IMG/VR virus record: IMGVR_UViG_3300028591_000104
Location: 32,001-96,000 of that record
Direction: 5' to 3' (one strand)
From: a virus
Lineage: Duplodnaviria; Caudoviricetes
Length of the DNA: 64,000 nucleotides
The position numbers and the translations under genes were made by a program. This document shows, piece after piece, positions 41,501 through 52,900 of this stretch; within the stretch, counting starts at the first letter, position 1, and each line of letters begins with the position of its first letter. The notes below the pieces were generated by a model. The model did no database searches and had not been told where the DNA came from. It worked only from the letters and a program-made list of their open reading frames with translations.

Positions 41501-41940
41501 AACAACTTATTATTGCTAGAAAAGATTTAAATATGTCTGCTGGTAAACTCGCCGCACAGGTGAGCCATGCCAGCATGGCTTTTATCTCTACTATGATAAG
41601 AAATAATACTAAATATGATAATAGTATGAATTTTTTACCTTGTCACTTTTTAATAGAAAAAGAAATATATGAAGAATGGTTTCAAGGAAGTTTTACTAAA
41701 GTAGTGTGTGAAGCAAAAAATAAAAATCATTTGATGAAAGTAGTAGAAGTAGCTAAGACCATGGGATTAGTCGAAGGTAAAGATTTCTTTTTAATTAAAG
41801 ATAATTGTTATACTGAATTGGAACCCGAAGAAGTCGATGAGAATGGCATCGGCAGAACTCTTACCTGTATTGGTTTTAAACCTTTACCTGATGAGATGGC
41901 AGAAAAGTTAAGCAAAAAGTATCAGTTATATAAAGGATAA
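41497..41940 (+). CDS. Peptidyl-tRNA hydrolase, Pth2 type
   Basis: KQLIIARKDLNMSAGKLAAQVSHAS; KVV; IKD..TE; TCIGF.P. Confidence 0.88.
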   Translation: MKQLIIARKDLNMSAGKLAAQVSHASMAFISTMIRNNTKYDNSMNFLPCHFLIEKEIYEEWFQGSFTKVVCEAKNKNHLMKVVEVAKTMGLVEGKDFFLIKDNCYTELEPEEVDENGIGRTLTCIGFKPLPDEMAEKLSKKYQLYKG

Positions 41941-41944
41941 ACTT

Positions 41945-42148
41945 ATGAAAAGAATAAATAAAAATAAAAAAGGTTTTACTCTTGTAGAAATGATGTTGGT
42001 CATAGCTATTATTGTAATCTTAGCTGGTGTACTGACCCTGGGCATTGGTAATTACATTGTCAGGGCCCAGGCCGCCGCATCTTCGGTTTCAGAACATAAT
42101 GGAGAAATTAGCTCTGCTGTATCTGAAGTAGATGCGCATATGGGATAA
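41945..42148 (+). CDS. Type IV prepilin-like small protein
   Basis: KKG/FTLVEMMLVIAIIVILAG class III signal peptide. Confidence 0.85.
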   Translation: MKRINKNKKGFTLVEMMLVIAIIVILAGVLTLGIGNYIVRAQAAASSVSEHNGEISSAVSEVDAHMG

Positions 42149-42527
42149 GGAGGAAAATATGGATAGAACTATTGGTTGTGATGGAAATTATGATAAAGAA
42201 ATTGAAAAATTAAAATATCAATATGAACAAGATCACCATTATACTTTAGAAGAAGTAATAAAAGAATGTTCAGATAAGATTGAAGAATATGACAAAGATT
42301 TAAAAGAAATGATTTTAAATAACAAAAGAGAATCACCGCATCATTTTGATCTTTATCATTATGGTTATGAAACATACGTTAAACAACAAAGACTAGTTCA
42401 ATTAAGAACTTGGCTGGAAAGTTTACAGTCTTCTGTAGAAAGACAGCAAGACCCAGAGAAACTCAAACAACAAAAATTTTTATTTGAATTGTGGGAAACT
42501 GATTATGAAAAGCTAAAGAGGTAATTA

Positions 42528-43235
42528 ATGAAAATATTAGTAGCATGCGAAGAGTCACAAGAAGTGTGTAAGGCTTTTCGAGAGAAGGGACATGAGGCTT
42601 AGAGTTGCGATATAATCGATTGCTCAGGTGGACACCTAGAATGGCATATTAAACAAGATGTATTACCTTTAATTAATGGTAATTGTACTTTTGAAACTTG
42701 CGATGGAATATCTCATGCGGTCGAAGGTAAGTGGGATATGATTATAGCGTTCCCTCCATGTACTGACCTTACAACAACGGGTGCGCGAGTTTTTGAACGC
42801 AAGCGCGCCGATGGTTCCCAAGTAAGGTCTATAGAGTTCTTTGCAAAGTTTCTTGAGGCTGATTGTGATAAGATAGCTATAGAGAATCCAGTGGGTATAA
42901 TATCAGGAAATTATATTAAACAGTGGTTTCCAGACCTTTGTGAAAAATATAATCTACCACGCGCTTATACTCAGATTGTTCACCCTTGGATGTTTGGCGC
43001 CAATTATACAAAGAGAACCTGTTTATGGCTAAAAGGATTACCGAATCTTATTCCAGAAGTAGAAGAGGAACCAGAAATTGAGTAGGTAGAATGGGTAGAT
43101 AAGAAAAGTGGTAGAACCAAAAGACAAAATAAATGGTATTATGAATTATCTTGTTTACCTACTGCGCAAAGAGCTAAGGCGAGATCAAAAACATACCCAG
43201 GCTTTGCACAAGCCATGGCTGAACAATGGGGGTAA
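42528..43235 (+). CDS. DNA cytosine methyltransferase-like protein; TAGs at 42600, 43083
   Basis: MKILVACEESQEVCKAFREKGHEA*SCD, AFPPCT, ENPVG, KRTCLWLKGLP, RSKTYPGFAQAMAEQWG. Confidence 0.85.
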
Positions 43236-44042
43236 AATATGATAGATAAAGACGGTAAAGAATTTGATGGATATATTAAAGAAATAATAATGCCTAATGG
43301 AAAGGTTTATAAACTTCAATGTGAGGTAGTTGAAGTTTATCCTATGCAATGCCCAAGGTGTGGTGGACGAGTAGAATTAAAATATGGCTCTGGTGATTGT
43401 CAATCTTGCGGAACGGCTTTTACTACACAATTTAAAATAACGGAAGTTTAATAATATTCTATACAAAAAAGTTCTTTTATAGGACTTTTTTGTTTTTTAT
43501 TAAAAATTTTGATATAATATATATAGTAAAAAGAAAGAGAGCGAAAAAATGAACGAAGATAAAGATAAAGATAATGAGCTTACACCAGAAGAGTTGGAAG
43601 AAATCAATGACATTCTTGGATTGGAAGGTGATGAGGCTCTTACTAATGATGATATAAAAGAAGTAACAGATGCTTTTAATAGTCTTTTTACTGCTATTGC
43701 AGGCGCTTTTATGGCTGAATCTATTAAGCATACACAAGCAGAAGATTTTAAAGTAGATACAGCTAAAGTTTATGATAAACCATTCCCTTATGAAATAGCA
43801 GTTTGTCATAAGAATTTTAATAACGGAGCTTGGATTATAGTTGGTACGGCTAAAACAAAAGAAGAAGCTATTAAAAAGCATGATATGTTTGTTAGTAAAA
43901 TGATGGATAAAAAAGTAACTTATTTAAGAGATATTTGGGAGAATGTTATTTATCTTGAAGATAAAAATAGCAAGTAATTTGATTTTAAATAAAATAAATA
44001 GTATAATATATATAGAAAAAATAAAGAAAGGAAATTAGAGTT

Positions 44043-45137
44043 ATGTCTTATTTGATAGATTTTATCAAAGAAAATCCTGATTGGAGAGAGCTTTTGGCTA
44101 AGGAGCCTTATTGCTTGAAGATTAAGGATGAGGATAATTATACTCTTTTTATGTATAATCAGTTATGCTCTGATTTCTATAATCCAATAGTAAAGGAAGC
44201 TAGAGGTATAATTTTAGACCTCACGGGCAAGGAGCCTCGTGTAGTGTGCAGAGCCTTTGATAAGTTTGGTAACTATGGCGAAGGTTATGTTGATTCCATA
44301 GACTGGTCTTCCGCTGTAGTACAGGAGAAGGTAGATGGTTCTATTATGAAGCTTTGGTTTGATAAGGGCTCTTGGCATGTATCTACTAATTCTTGTATCA
44401 ATGCATTTAATGCACAGTTGTCTAACTCTAAAATAACTTTTGGTAAGTTGTTCACGCAGGCTTTTCCTTCTGACAAGATAAATCAGTTGGATACGGATTA
44501 TACTTATATCTTTGAGCTTGTGTCTCCTTACAACCGGGTTGTAATCAACTATGGCTCTGATACTAAGTTGTATCTGTTGGGTAAGAGAAATAATAAGACA
44601 GGCTTTGAGGAAATACCTGAAGATTTGGGTATAGCTAAGCCGGATACTTATCCTCTCTCTTCCCTTGAGGAGTGTATTGAAGCAGCTAATGCTTTGAATG
44701 ATAATGAAGAAGATATTCAGTATGAAGGTTTTGTAGTAGTAGATGAGGCTTTTCATCGAGTAAAGATTAAGTCCCCCTACTATGTAGCTAGACATCATAT
44801 ACTTACTAAGACACCTTCTCTTGAAGACTTGGTATTAGTATATTTGCGTCATGAGCAGGAAGAGTTTTTAACTTACTTCCCAGCTTATACTCATCCTTTG
44901 AATCTTATCTATTTCTTCTTCTCTGACTTGGACTATTATATGTTTAAGGCTAGACTTGATTGGAATAATATGAACAAAGATAGAAAGGCTTTTGCCATCA
45001 AGTATAAGAATCATCCTTTTACTCATTTTTATTTCGATGCTATAAAGAATGAAGATTGGTCTATTGAAAGAGTAAAGAATTTGTCTACTGCTGAACTTGC
45101 GAGATTTATAAAGAATTATTATGGAGGAAATATATGA
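44043..45137 (+). CDS. RNA ligase, T4 Rnl1-like
   Basis: EARGII, FDKFGN, EKVDGS, FELVSP.NRVV, EGFVV, RVKIKS. Confidence 0.88.
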   Translation: MSYLIDFIKENPDWRELLAKEPYCLKIKDEDNYTLFMYNQLCSDFYNPIVKEARGIILDLTGKEPRVVCRAFDKFGNYGEGYVDSIDWSSAVVQEKVDGSIMKLWFDKGSWHVSTNSCINAFNAQLSNSKITFGKLFTQAFPSDKINQLDTDYTYIFELVSPYNRVVINYGSDTKLYLLGKRNNKTGFEEIPEDLGIAKPDTYPLSSLEECIEAANALNDNEEDIQYEGFVVVDEAFHRVKIKSPYYVARHHILTKTPSLEDLVLVYLRHEQEEFLTYFPAYTHPLNLIYFFFSDLDYYMFKARLDWNNMNKDRKAFAIKYKNHPFTHFYFDAIKNEDWSIERVKNLSTAELARFIKNYYGGNI

Positions 45138-46057
45138 TTAATATAAAGCATTTTATGGATATACAAAATTTAATAGAGAATGAGACAGCAATTAAGGCTT
45201 CTAATGCTAAGGCATTTGAGGTTGGTGATATTATACAAATAACAGAGAAGTGGGACGGTTCAAATGCTTCTGTCGGTTATGATGCTGATTCTGATAGTCT
45301 TGTTGCTTTTTCTAGAAAGCAGACTCTGTCTTTGGGAAATACTCTTAATGGCTTTTGGGATTATGTTCAGGGATTGGACAAGACTGGTTTTAAGGCTAAT
45401 CCCACATATAGAGTATTCGGTGAGTGGGGAAATAAGAATAAGATAATTTATAATGCTGACAATTACAAGAAGTGGTATGTTTATGATATTTTTGATATGG
45501 GTACAGAGAAGTGGCTACCACAGGATATTGTAAAGAAGTTTTGTAATGACTATGGATTTATTTATATCCATGTTCTTTATGAGGGTCCGTTCATTTCATG
45601 GGACCACTGCAGAAGCTTTATGAATAGCCCTGCTTATGGAGATAGACAGGAGGGTGTGGTTGTTAAGAATCAGACAAAGCTTAATGACCCTAATACAAGA
45701 CAGCCTTTTTACCTTAAGATTGTCAATGAGGATTTTAAGGAGACAAAGGCTCCTAAGGTTGTTGACCCCGAGCAGGAGGCTAAGAAGGTTTATGCTTATT
45801 CTCTTGCCGAGAGTATTGTAACCAAGAATAGAATTGAAAAGATGATATATAAGCTCAGAGATGAGCAGCTTATTCCTGATACACTTACTCCTGGAGATAT
45901 GGGTAAGCTGGCTAAGGTACTTCCTAAGAGAATCTATGAGGATTGCGTTAAGGAGGAGCCTGAGACCATTGCAAAGGTTAATGACACTGGAATAAACTTT
46001 AGTAAGGTTTGTGGAACTCTGACTATGAAGATTGCAAGAGACATTATTTGCAATTAA
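45134..46057 (+). CDS. RNA ligase, Rnl2-like
   Basis: TEKWDGSN, FGEW, YDI, EGVVVKN. Confidence 0.85.
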   Translation: MINIKHFMDIQNLIENETAIKASNAKAFEVGDIIQITEKWDGSNASVGYDADSDSLVAFSRKQTLSLGNTLNGFWDYVQGLDKTGFKANPTYRVFGEWGNKNKIIYNADNYKKWYVYDIFDMGTEKWLPQDIVKKFCNDYGFIYIHVLYEGPFISWDHCRSFMNSPAYGDRQEGVVVKNQTKLNDPNTRQPFYLKIVNEDFKETKAPKVVDPEQEAKKVYAYSLAESIVTKNRIEKMIYKLRDEQLIPDTLTPGDMGKLAKVLPKRIYEDCVKEEPETIAKVNDTGINFSKVCGTLTMKIARDIICN

Positions 46058-46110
46058 ATAAAATTTTTGTTATAATATATTTATAATAAATTAAAGGAAA
46101 TAGAGGATAA

Positions 46111-48087
46111 ATGAAAGAACAGATTAGGCAAATTATTAATCAGCTTAATGAGGCTACAAAGGCCTACGATGAAGGGCATCCCATGATGAGTGATAAGGCA
46201 TGGGATGACCTCTATTTCTATCTTCAGCAATTAGAGCATCAGTCTGGAATTTATTTTCCAGATAGTCCTACTCAAAAGATTAACTTTGAAATAACTACTC
46301 CATTAAGGAAGGTAGAGCATACTCATTTAATGCTTAGTTTGGATAAAACTAAAGATTTAAATGAAATTAAGACTTTTGTTAAAAAGCATCCATCTATTTG
46401 TATGGGAAAGATGGATGGTTTGACTTGCGCACTGAGGTATAAGGATGGGGAATTAATCGCTGCTGAAACGCGTGGAAATGGTGTAATTGGTGAAGATGTT
46501 TTTTATAATATTATAAATATTAATAATATTCCCAAAAAGATAAAAATAAAAGATGAAGTTGAAGTAGATGGTGAAATTATCTGTAAGTATGATGATTTTG
46601 AGCCATTTGCAGAAGAATATAAGAATCCAAGAAACTTCGCAGCTGGAAGCATTAGATTATTAGACAGCGAAGAATGTGCAAAAAGAAATTTATCTTTTAT
46701 TGCATGGGATTGGATTAATAATCCTTATCCTAGACTTGGTGATGCTTTAGTTGAGTTAAAAGGATTAGGATTTACTACTGTTCCTTATTGGGATGGAATT
46801 ATAACAGAGTTTGAGATTGATAATTTAAATGAAATTGTTGATTTTGTTAAAAATTCTTGTGCCAATGAAAAGCTCCCAATAGATGGATTAGTATTTAAGT
46901 ATGATTATGTGACAGATTATAAAGCTGAAGGTAGAACAACTCATCACTTTAGAGGTGGTTTAGCTTTTAAGTTTTATGATGAATGTGTTGAGACCGAAAT
47001 TGAAGATATAGAGTGGTCTATGGGCAGAGAAGGCAGATTAACTCCTGTAGCGATTTTTAAGCCTATAGAGCTTGAAGGAACTGAGGTATCAAGAGCAAGT
47101 CTTCATAATTTAAGTGTTCTTGATGAACTTTGCGGCGGCCAGGCGCCTATGCGTGGTGACATAGTCAGCGTGTACAAGGCGAATCAAATTATACCTCAGA
47201 TTGATATATGGACAACGACCATTGAGCCTCCTGACTATTTTTCAGTTGACCAGGGTTTAGGTGATATGTTAGCACCGCCTGAGGTATGTCCAATATGCGG
47301 CGGCCGCACCGAAATAATAGAAGAAGATTCTGGTACAAAGAATCTCTAGTGTACAAATGACGCTTGCCCCGGTAAGCTAATAAATAGATTAGTTCACTAT
47401 TGCGATATGAAAAAGGGCATGGCAATTAAAGGACTTTCTGAGAAATTAATTTCTCGTTTTATGAACAAAGGTTGGCTTAATAGTTTTTTTGATTTATACA
47501 ATTTACACCAGTTCCGTACAGATATGGAAAAAATGGAAGGACTGGGACCGAAATCCGTAGATAATATATTAACCGCAATAGAAGAAAGTAAAAATTGTGA
47601 ATTATGGCAATTTATCTCTGCTCTTGGTATTCCTCTTATCGGAACCACCGCGAGCAAAGACCTTGCGAACCATTTCAGTACTTGGGCAAACTTTTATAAA
47701 TCAATTAAGGAAAATTTCATATATAGTACACTTCCAAATTTTGGTTTTGAAATGAATAAGGCGCTTCATGACTATGATTATAGCGAAGCCGAAAAGATAG
47801 CGGCTATCCTTAATTTTAAAGAACCAAAAGCAGAAGAAATTATAAGCGAAATTTTACAAGGCAAGAAAATTTGCATAACAGGTAAATTGGTTCAGTTTAA
47901 GAACCGGAGTTTGTTCCAGGAGGCTGTTGAAGCTAGAGGCGGCAAGGTGGTGTCTGGTGTGACAGGAGCTACAGACTTCTTGGTAACTAATGACACAGAA
48001 AGCGGTACTGCTAAAAATCAAGCAGCTAAAAAATTAAACATACCTATTATGTCAGAAGAAGATTTTATCAAAAATTTCTTGACTTAA
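46111..48087 (+). CDS. ligA: NAD-dependent DNA ligase; TAG 47347 within the Zn finger
   Basis: KMDG, NPRNFAAGS, CPICG..NL*CTNDACP, HhH, BRCT in one frame. Confidence 0.93.
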
Positions 48088-48424
48088 TAAAAATTTTATG
48101 TTATAATATTAACATAATAAGAAAGGAAAGGTAATGAGTAAAAAAGAGTTAAAGAAGTTAGCGAAGGAAATTGCTAACTATGAAAAGATTTGTCAAGGCA
48201 CCGCAGAGTACGCGGAAAAAGAAAAAGCAAGACAGAAGATTATAGAATTAACAGAACAGGTTTACAATCTTGAAGATTTGTTAGTTCTTGACACTCTTAT
48301 TCAAGATTATCTTTCTTGATTAATTAGCTTATAAATAATACTTAAATTGAAGTTATGGGCAATTTATTTATTATTTAGATTATAAAATATTAAAATTTTT
48401 TAAACACAAAGGAGAAAAACAATT

Positions 48425-48697
48425 ATGGCAATGTCAGAAAACACAGTAACAGTATTTAAGTATTTGCAGGCACACAATGAGGGACTTACAGCTCAGGAGA
48501 TTGCTGATGCTACAGGTCTTAACGCAAAGCAGGTTAATGGAGCTTTTACAATGGGTATCCAGCGTAAGGAGTACGGCTATCGTACAGAGGAGAAGGTAAA
48601 GGTTGAGCTAGAGGATGGCACAGCTATCGAGGCTAAGCAGCTTTTCCTTAACGATGCTGGTCTCGCTGTAGACGTTGATGCTCTTGCTGCTGAGTAA
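48425..48697 (+). CDS. Small HTH DNA-binding protein
   Basis: LTAQEIADATGLNAKQVNG. Confidence 0.65.
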   Translation: MAMSENTVTVFKYLQAHNEGLTAQEIADATGLNAKQVNGAFTMGIQRKEYGYRTEEKVKVELEDGTAIEAKQLFLNDAGLAVDVDALAAE

Positions 48698-48749
48698 TAA
48701 ATATTCTTGGGGGAGAGCTTAATTGTTCTCCCCCATTTTTTTATTTATT

Positions 48750-49775
48750 ATGTGGTATTTTATTATAGGACTGGTTGCCCTGGCGGCCGGCTGTATCGGG
48801 ACCTACCTTATGCTTAGGTCTCGTTTGGCTGTTACGCAGGAGATCAACCAGAAGGTGAAAAAGGAGAACGAGGATAATTTAGCTCTAAAAGCTAGACTTG
48901 TTTCTGAAGTAGAAAGTCTAGAAACTCAAAAATCTAGGTGTCAGAATGATATTAATTCTATAAATTTTAATATCCAACAGGCTCAAACTAACCTTTCAGG
49001 TTTAAATAACCTTTTGAAAGAAAATACCGCAGCCATTGATGAAACTACCAAGAGGTAGGAAGAACAAGCACTAGAAAGTATGGGCGAGCGCATGGACGCG
49101 GCCGCCGAAAAAGAGAGAATTAAGTATCTCGATGCTATTACTAGTTATAGAGCTGAATATGAAAGCGTTTTAGAAGATTTAGCCGAACAATTTAAAAAGA
49201 TTACTGAGGAAGATGAAGCGACCATAACCACTTTAAAAGACTCAATAGGAAATTTAAGAAAAAAGGTTTTGGCTATAACTGAAGCTAACAAACGCCTTGA
49301 AGAAGAAAAAGATAAAATTAACTTTTATAAACTTCAAATTTCTGATTTAGATAAGGAAGAGCTTGCTAAATTAAGAGAAATAGGTAAGATTTTAAGAGAT
49401 AGTACCCCATTAAATAAACTTATTTGGACTTATTATTTTAGAAATCCTTATAATGATTTGTGCGGCCGTGTGATTGGTTCCGAGGCAAAGACCGGCATCT
49501 ATAAAATTACTAATACCTTAAATGGTAAGTGTTATATAGGTCAAGCAGTCAACATCAAGAACCGTTGGGGCGACCATATAAAGATGGGTTTGGGCGCCGA
49601 CACGCCTTCGCGCAACAAGATTTATCCAGCTATGATGAAAGATGGAGTGGAGAATTTTACTTTTGAAGTTTTAGAAGAATGTAGTGGTAATCAATTAAAT
49701 GAAAGAGAAAAATTCTATATAGAGTTTTATGACTCTGTGAATTATGGATATAACGTAACGCGAGGAGGAAGCTAA
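48750..49775 (+). CDS. N-terminal TM, coiled-coil and C-terminal GIY-YIG nuclease; TAG 49056
   Basis: Two fragments in frame across TAG; TGIYKITN..CYIGQA. Confidence 0.8.
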
Positions 49776-50422
49776 TGAAGATAGAAAAGATCGAGTCCTA
49801 TGGCTGGGAGGCAGCCTTAAGAGGTATGCGCAATCCCATGAATAGTTGGGAGAAGTCTGATACTACCTATAATGAGAAAGGTATTCCTACTATTGGTCCT
49901 AATGATTTGAAATTAGCTACAAATCTTATTAAAGCTGGTCCAGAGCACGGTAAATGGGCAAGAATGGTAACTGTATCTATGGATATTACAGCGCCACTTT
50001 AGGTATGGAAAGAGCTCGACACCTACAAAGTGGGTACAACAGCTAATTCACAATCTACAATGCACAAACTTGCATCTGTCCCCATAACTATTGACTGTTT
50101 TGAAACAGACGATATGGCAGATGATTTGGAGATTTATACAACACCTTTGACCACTGCTGCTGATGTATTTAACCATTTAATAGGAGATTGCGAGCGTTTG
50201 CGTCAATTATATCTACAAACTAATGATGTTCGCTATTGGAAAGAACTGGTTAGATTACTCCCAGAAGGTTGGTTACAGACCAGAACATGGACAGCTAACT
50301 ATGCTGTATTAAGAACTATATATCATCAAAGAAAAAACCACAAACTCATAGAGTGGCATACCTTCCTTGATGAAATTATAAAAACTCTACCTTATAGTAA
50401 AGAGTTTATAGTTGACAATTAA
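49775..50422 (+). CDS. thyX: ThyX-like flavin-dependent thymidylate synthase; TAG 50000
   Basis: ALRGMRNPMNSW, EHGKWAR, ITAPL*VWKELDTYKVGT, STMHKL, NYAVLR..RKNHKLIEW. Confidence 0.8.
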
Positions 50423-50477
50423 TAAATTTTATGTTATAATATATGTATAAAAAGTTAAAAGAAAGAGAGAAAAGCTA

Positions 50478-50843
50478 ATGAAACAGGAATTTTTAGAGTT
50501 TTTGGATGCACTAATGAAAGCAGCGCCAAATGTAGTAGAGGAAAAGGGTAGTGAAACTGTTATGGCCTATATTGAGGCTTTAAGAGAGAATACTAAAAAG
50601 CAAGAAAGTTTAACAGAAAATGGGGCGCGGGTCTTATCATTTTTGCAGACGGCTGACTCTCTTACTTTTAAGGCAAAGGATATTGGGGAAGCGCTTGGTG
50701 TAGCGTCAAGAACAGTATCTGGCGCATTGAGAAAGCTGGTAAATGATGGATTTGTAGACAAGATGGGAACGAACCCGACAATTTACGCTTTAACAGAAAA
50801 AGGAAAAAATTTTAAAATTGAAGAAGGAGAAAATGACGCATGA
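50478..50843 (+). CDS. Winged-helix transcription regulator
   Basis: AKDIGEALGVASRTVSGALRKLVNDGFV. Confidence 0.8.
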   Translation: MKQEFLEFLDALMKAAPNVVEEKGSETVMAYIEALRENTKKQESLTENGARVLSFLQTADSLTFKAKDIGEALGVASRTVSGALRKLVNDGFVDKMGTNPTIYALTEKGKNFKIEEGENDA

Positions 50844-51784
50844 AGAAGATGAATAATAAGGTACACCTTGAAGGAAGACTTTATCAGCACAGTTTGGAAA
50901 AGAAGGTAACAGGGCCTCAGTCTAAGAAGCCCGGCACAGAATATATTCAGGGTAACATTGAGATTGCTACTGATGATAATATCACAAACATTGTTTCTGT
51001 TCACTTCTCATACATTACTGAGGTTACTTCTACAGGTAAGACAGATACAAGATTTAAGGTTTTGTCTGATATTATTGATGGTAAGTATCTTACATGCATG
51101 GCTGATGGTGCAGAAGTTGCAACAAAGGTTTCTGTAGATACAGCAATCGGTATAAATGATTTTTATACAGATCGTCAGAAGGACGATAATGGAGACCCTA
51201 CACTTGTTTCTGCTAAGAGAAACGAGGGCGGTTTTGTTAGAATCGTTAACAACCTTAAGGAGTCTGACAAGGACCGTAATTACTTTAATGTTGATATTGT
51301 AATCACAAACTTCACTCGTAAGGAAGCTGACGAAGAGAGAGGACTCCCTGAGAAGGGAATTATCAAGGGCGCAATCTTTGATTTCAGAGGTTCTATGCTC
51401 CCTGTTGAGTTCTCTGTTCTTAATCCTAAGGCTATGGATTATTTTGAGGGACTTGAGCCTTCAAGTAAGACACCTGTTTTCACAGCTATTAAGGGTACTC
51501 AGATCTCTGAGGTAGTTAAGAAGACTATCACAGTTGAGGGTGCTTTTGGTGATGAAGTTCGTGAAGTGGAGAATAACCACAAGGATTGGACAATTTATTG
51601 GGCACAGTCTGAGCCTTATGAGTGGGACGATGAGTCTACAATCACAAAGGCAGAGCTTACAAAGGCTATGACAGACCGTCAGACAATGCTTGCTGAAGTT
51701 AAGCAGAGATATATGGATTATAAGGCATCAGCTGGAGAAGCTGCTTCTAAGGCTCCTACAGGTGGAGATACATTTGATTTCTAA
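50840..51784 (+). CDS. Putative single-stranded DNA-binding protein
   Basis: NKVHLEG OB-like start, acidic/aromatic C-terminus DTFDF, replication context. Confidence 0.6.
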   Translation: MKKMNNKVHLEGRLYQHSLEKKVTGPQSKKPGTEYIQGNIEIATDDNITNIVSVHFSYITEVTSTGKTDTRFKVLSDIIDGKYLTCMADGAEVATKVSVDTAIGINDFYTDRQKDDNGDPTLVSAKRNEGGFVRIVNNLKESDKDRNYFNVDIVITNFTRKEADEERGLPEKGIIKGAIFDFRGSMLPVEFSVLNPKAMDYFEGLEPSSKTPVFTAIKGTQISEVVKKTITVEGAFGDEVREVENNHKDWTIYWAQSEPYEWDDESTITKAELTKAMTDRQTMLAEVKQRYMDYKASAGEAASKAPTGGDTFDF

Positions 51785-51803
51785 TTAAAAGGGGGAAAAG
51801 ATT

Positions 51804-52796
51804 ATGGCAATAAATTTGCTTGCACTGGAACCCCATAAGGTTAGTAGAGATTTAAGTGGATACATTTCATATATCTATGGAACTCCGAAGGTTGGGAAGA
51901 CGACACTCGTCTCCCAATTCCCCGGTGTTTTGCTTCTCGCTACCGAAAAAGGATATAATGCTTTACCTGGTATCTTGGTACAAGACATTACTCGTTGGGG
52001 CGATATTAAAGAAGTAGTTAGAGAATTAAAGAAGCCAGAAGTTAAGGAAAAGTTCAAAACCATTGCTATTGATACTATCGACGTAGCAGCTAGCTATTGT
52101 GATAAGTATATTTGTAATCAGCTTGGTATTGAAACATTAGGCGAAGGCGGATGGACAGTTAATGGCTGGTCAAAATACAAGAAGGAATTGGAGGATACAT
52201 TCCGTACTATCACTAATTTGGGATATGCTCTTGTATTTATCAGTCATGATAAAGATAAGGAATTTACTCGTAAGGATGGTACAAAGTACAATCAGACAAT
52301 ACCAACAGTACAGAGTTCAGCGAATGAAATCATCAAGGCTATGGCAGACCTTTATATGTATGCTGTAATTGATGAAACAACTAAGGAGCGTAAGTTAATT
52401 CTTCGTTCTCTTGATGGTACAGTAGATGCTGGTTGTAGATTTAAGTATATTGCTCCTGAAATTCCTCTTTCATATGATGCCCTTATCAAAGCAATGGGCG
52501 AAGCTATTGACAAGGAAGCTAGCGAAAGCGAAGGTAAGTTTGTAACAGATGAAAGAGAAAAGGCACCAACAACTGCTATTGAGTATGATTATGATGCTTT
52601 GATGAAGGAATTTGCAGAAATCACTGGTAAGTTAATGGGTAAAGATTCTACATATTATGGTCCTCGTATTACTCAAGTCGTTGAGAAGATACTTGGTAAA
52701 GGTAAGAAAGTATCAGAAACCAAGAGAGACCAAGCAGAATTCATTTATTTAATTGTCGGAGATTTAAAAGACGAGTTTGGTAAAGAGTTGAAGTAA
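51804..52796 (+). CDS. AAA_24 / Sak4-like ATPase
   Basis: YGTPKVGKTT, IAIDTID, FISH. Confidence 0.8.
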   Translation: MAINLLALEPHKVSRDLSGYISYIYGTPKVGKTTLVSQFPGVLLLATEKGYNALPGILVQDITRWGDIKEVVRELKKPEVKEKFKTIAIDTIDVAASYCDKYICNQLGIETLGEGGWTVNGWSKYKKELEDTFRTITNLGYALVFISHDKDKEFTRKDGTKYNQTIPTVQSSANEIIKAMADLYMYAVIDETTKERKLILRSLDGTVDAGCRFKYIAPEIPLSYDALIKAMGEAIDKEASESEGKFVTDEREKAPTTAIEYDYDALMKEFAEITGKLMGKDSTYYGPRITQVVEKILGKGKKVSETKRDQAEFIYLIVGDLKDEFGKELK

Positions 52797-52900
52797 TAGA
52801 AATAAATAGGGGGTAAGGTTAATACTTACCCCCCATTTGTTTTTTATAAAAATTTATGTTATAATATATATGTAAAATATGAAAAGAAAGGAGTAGGTTA

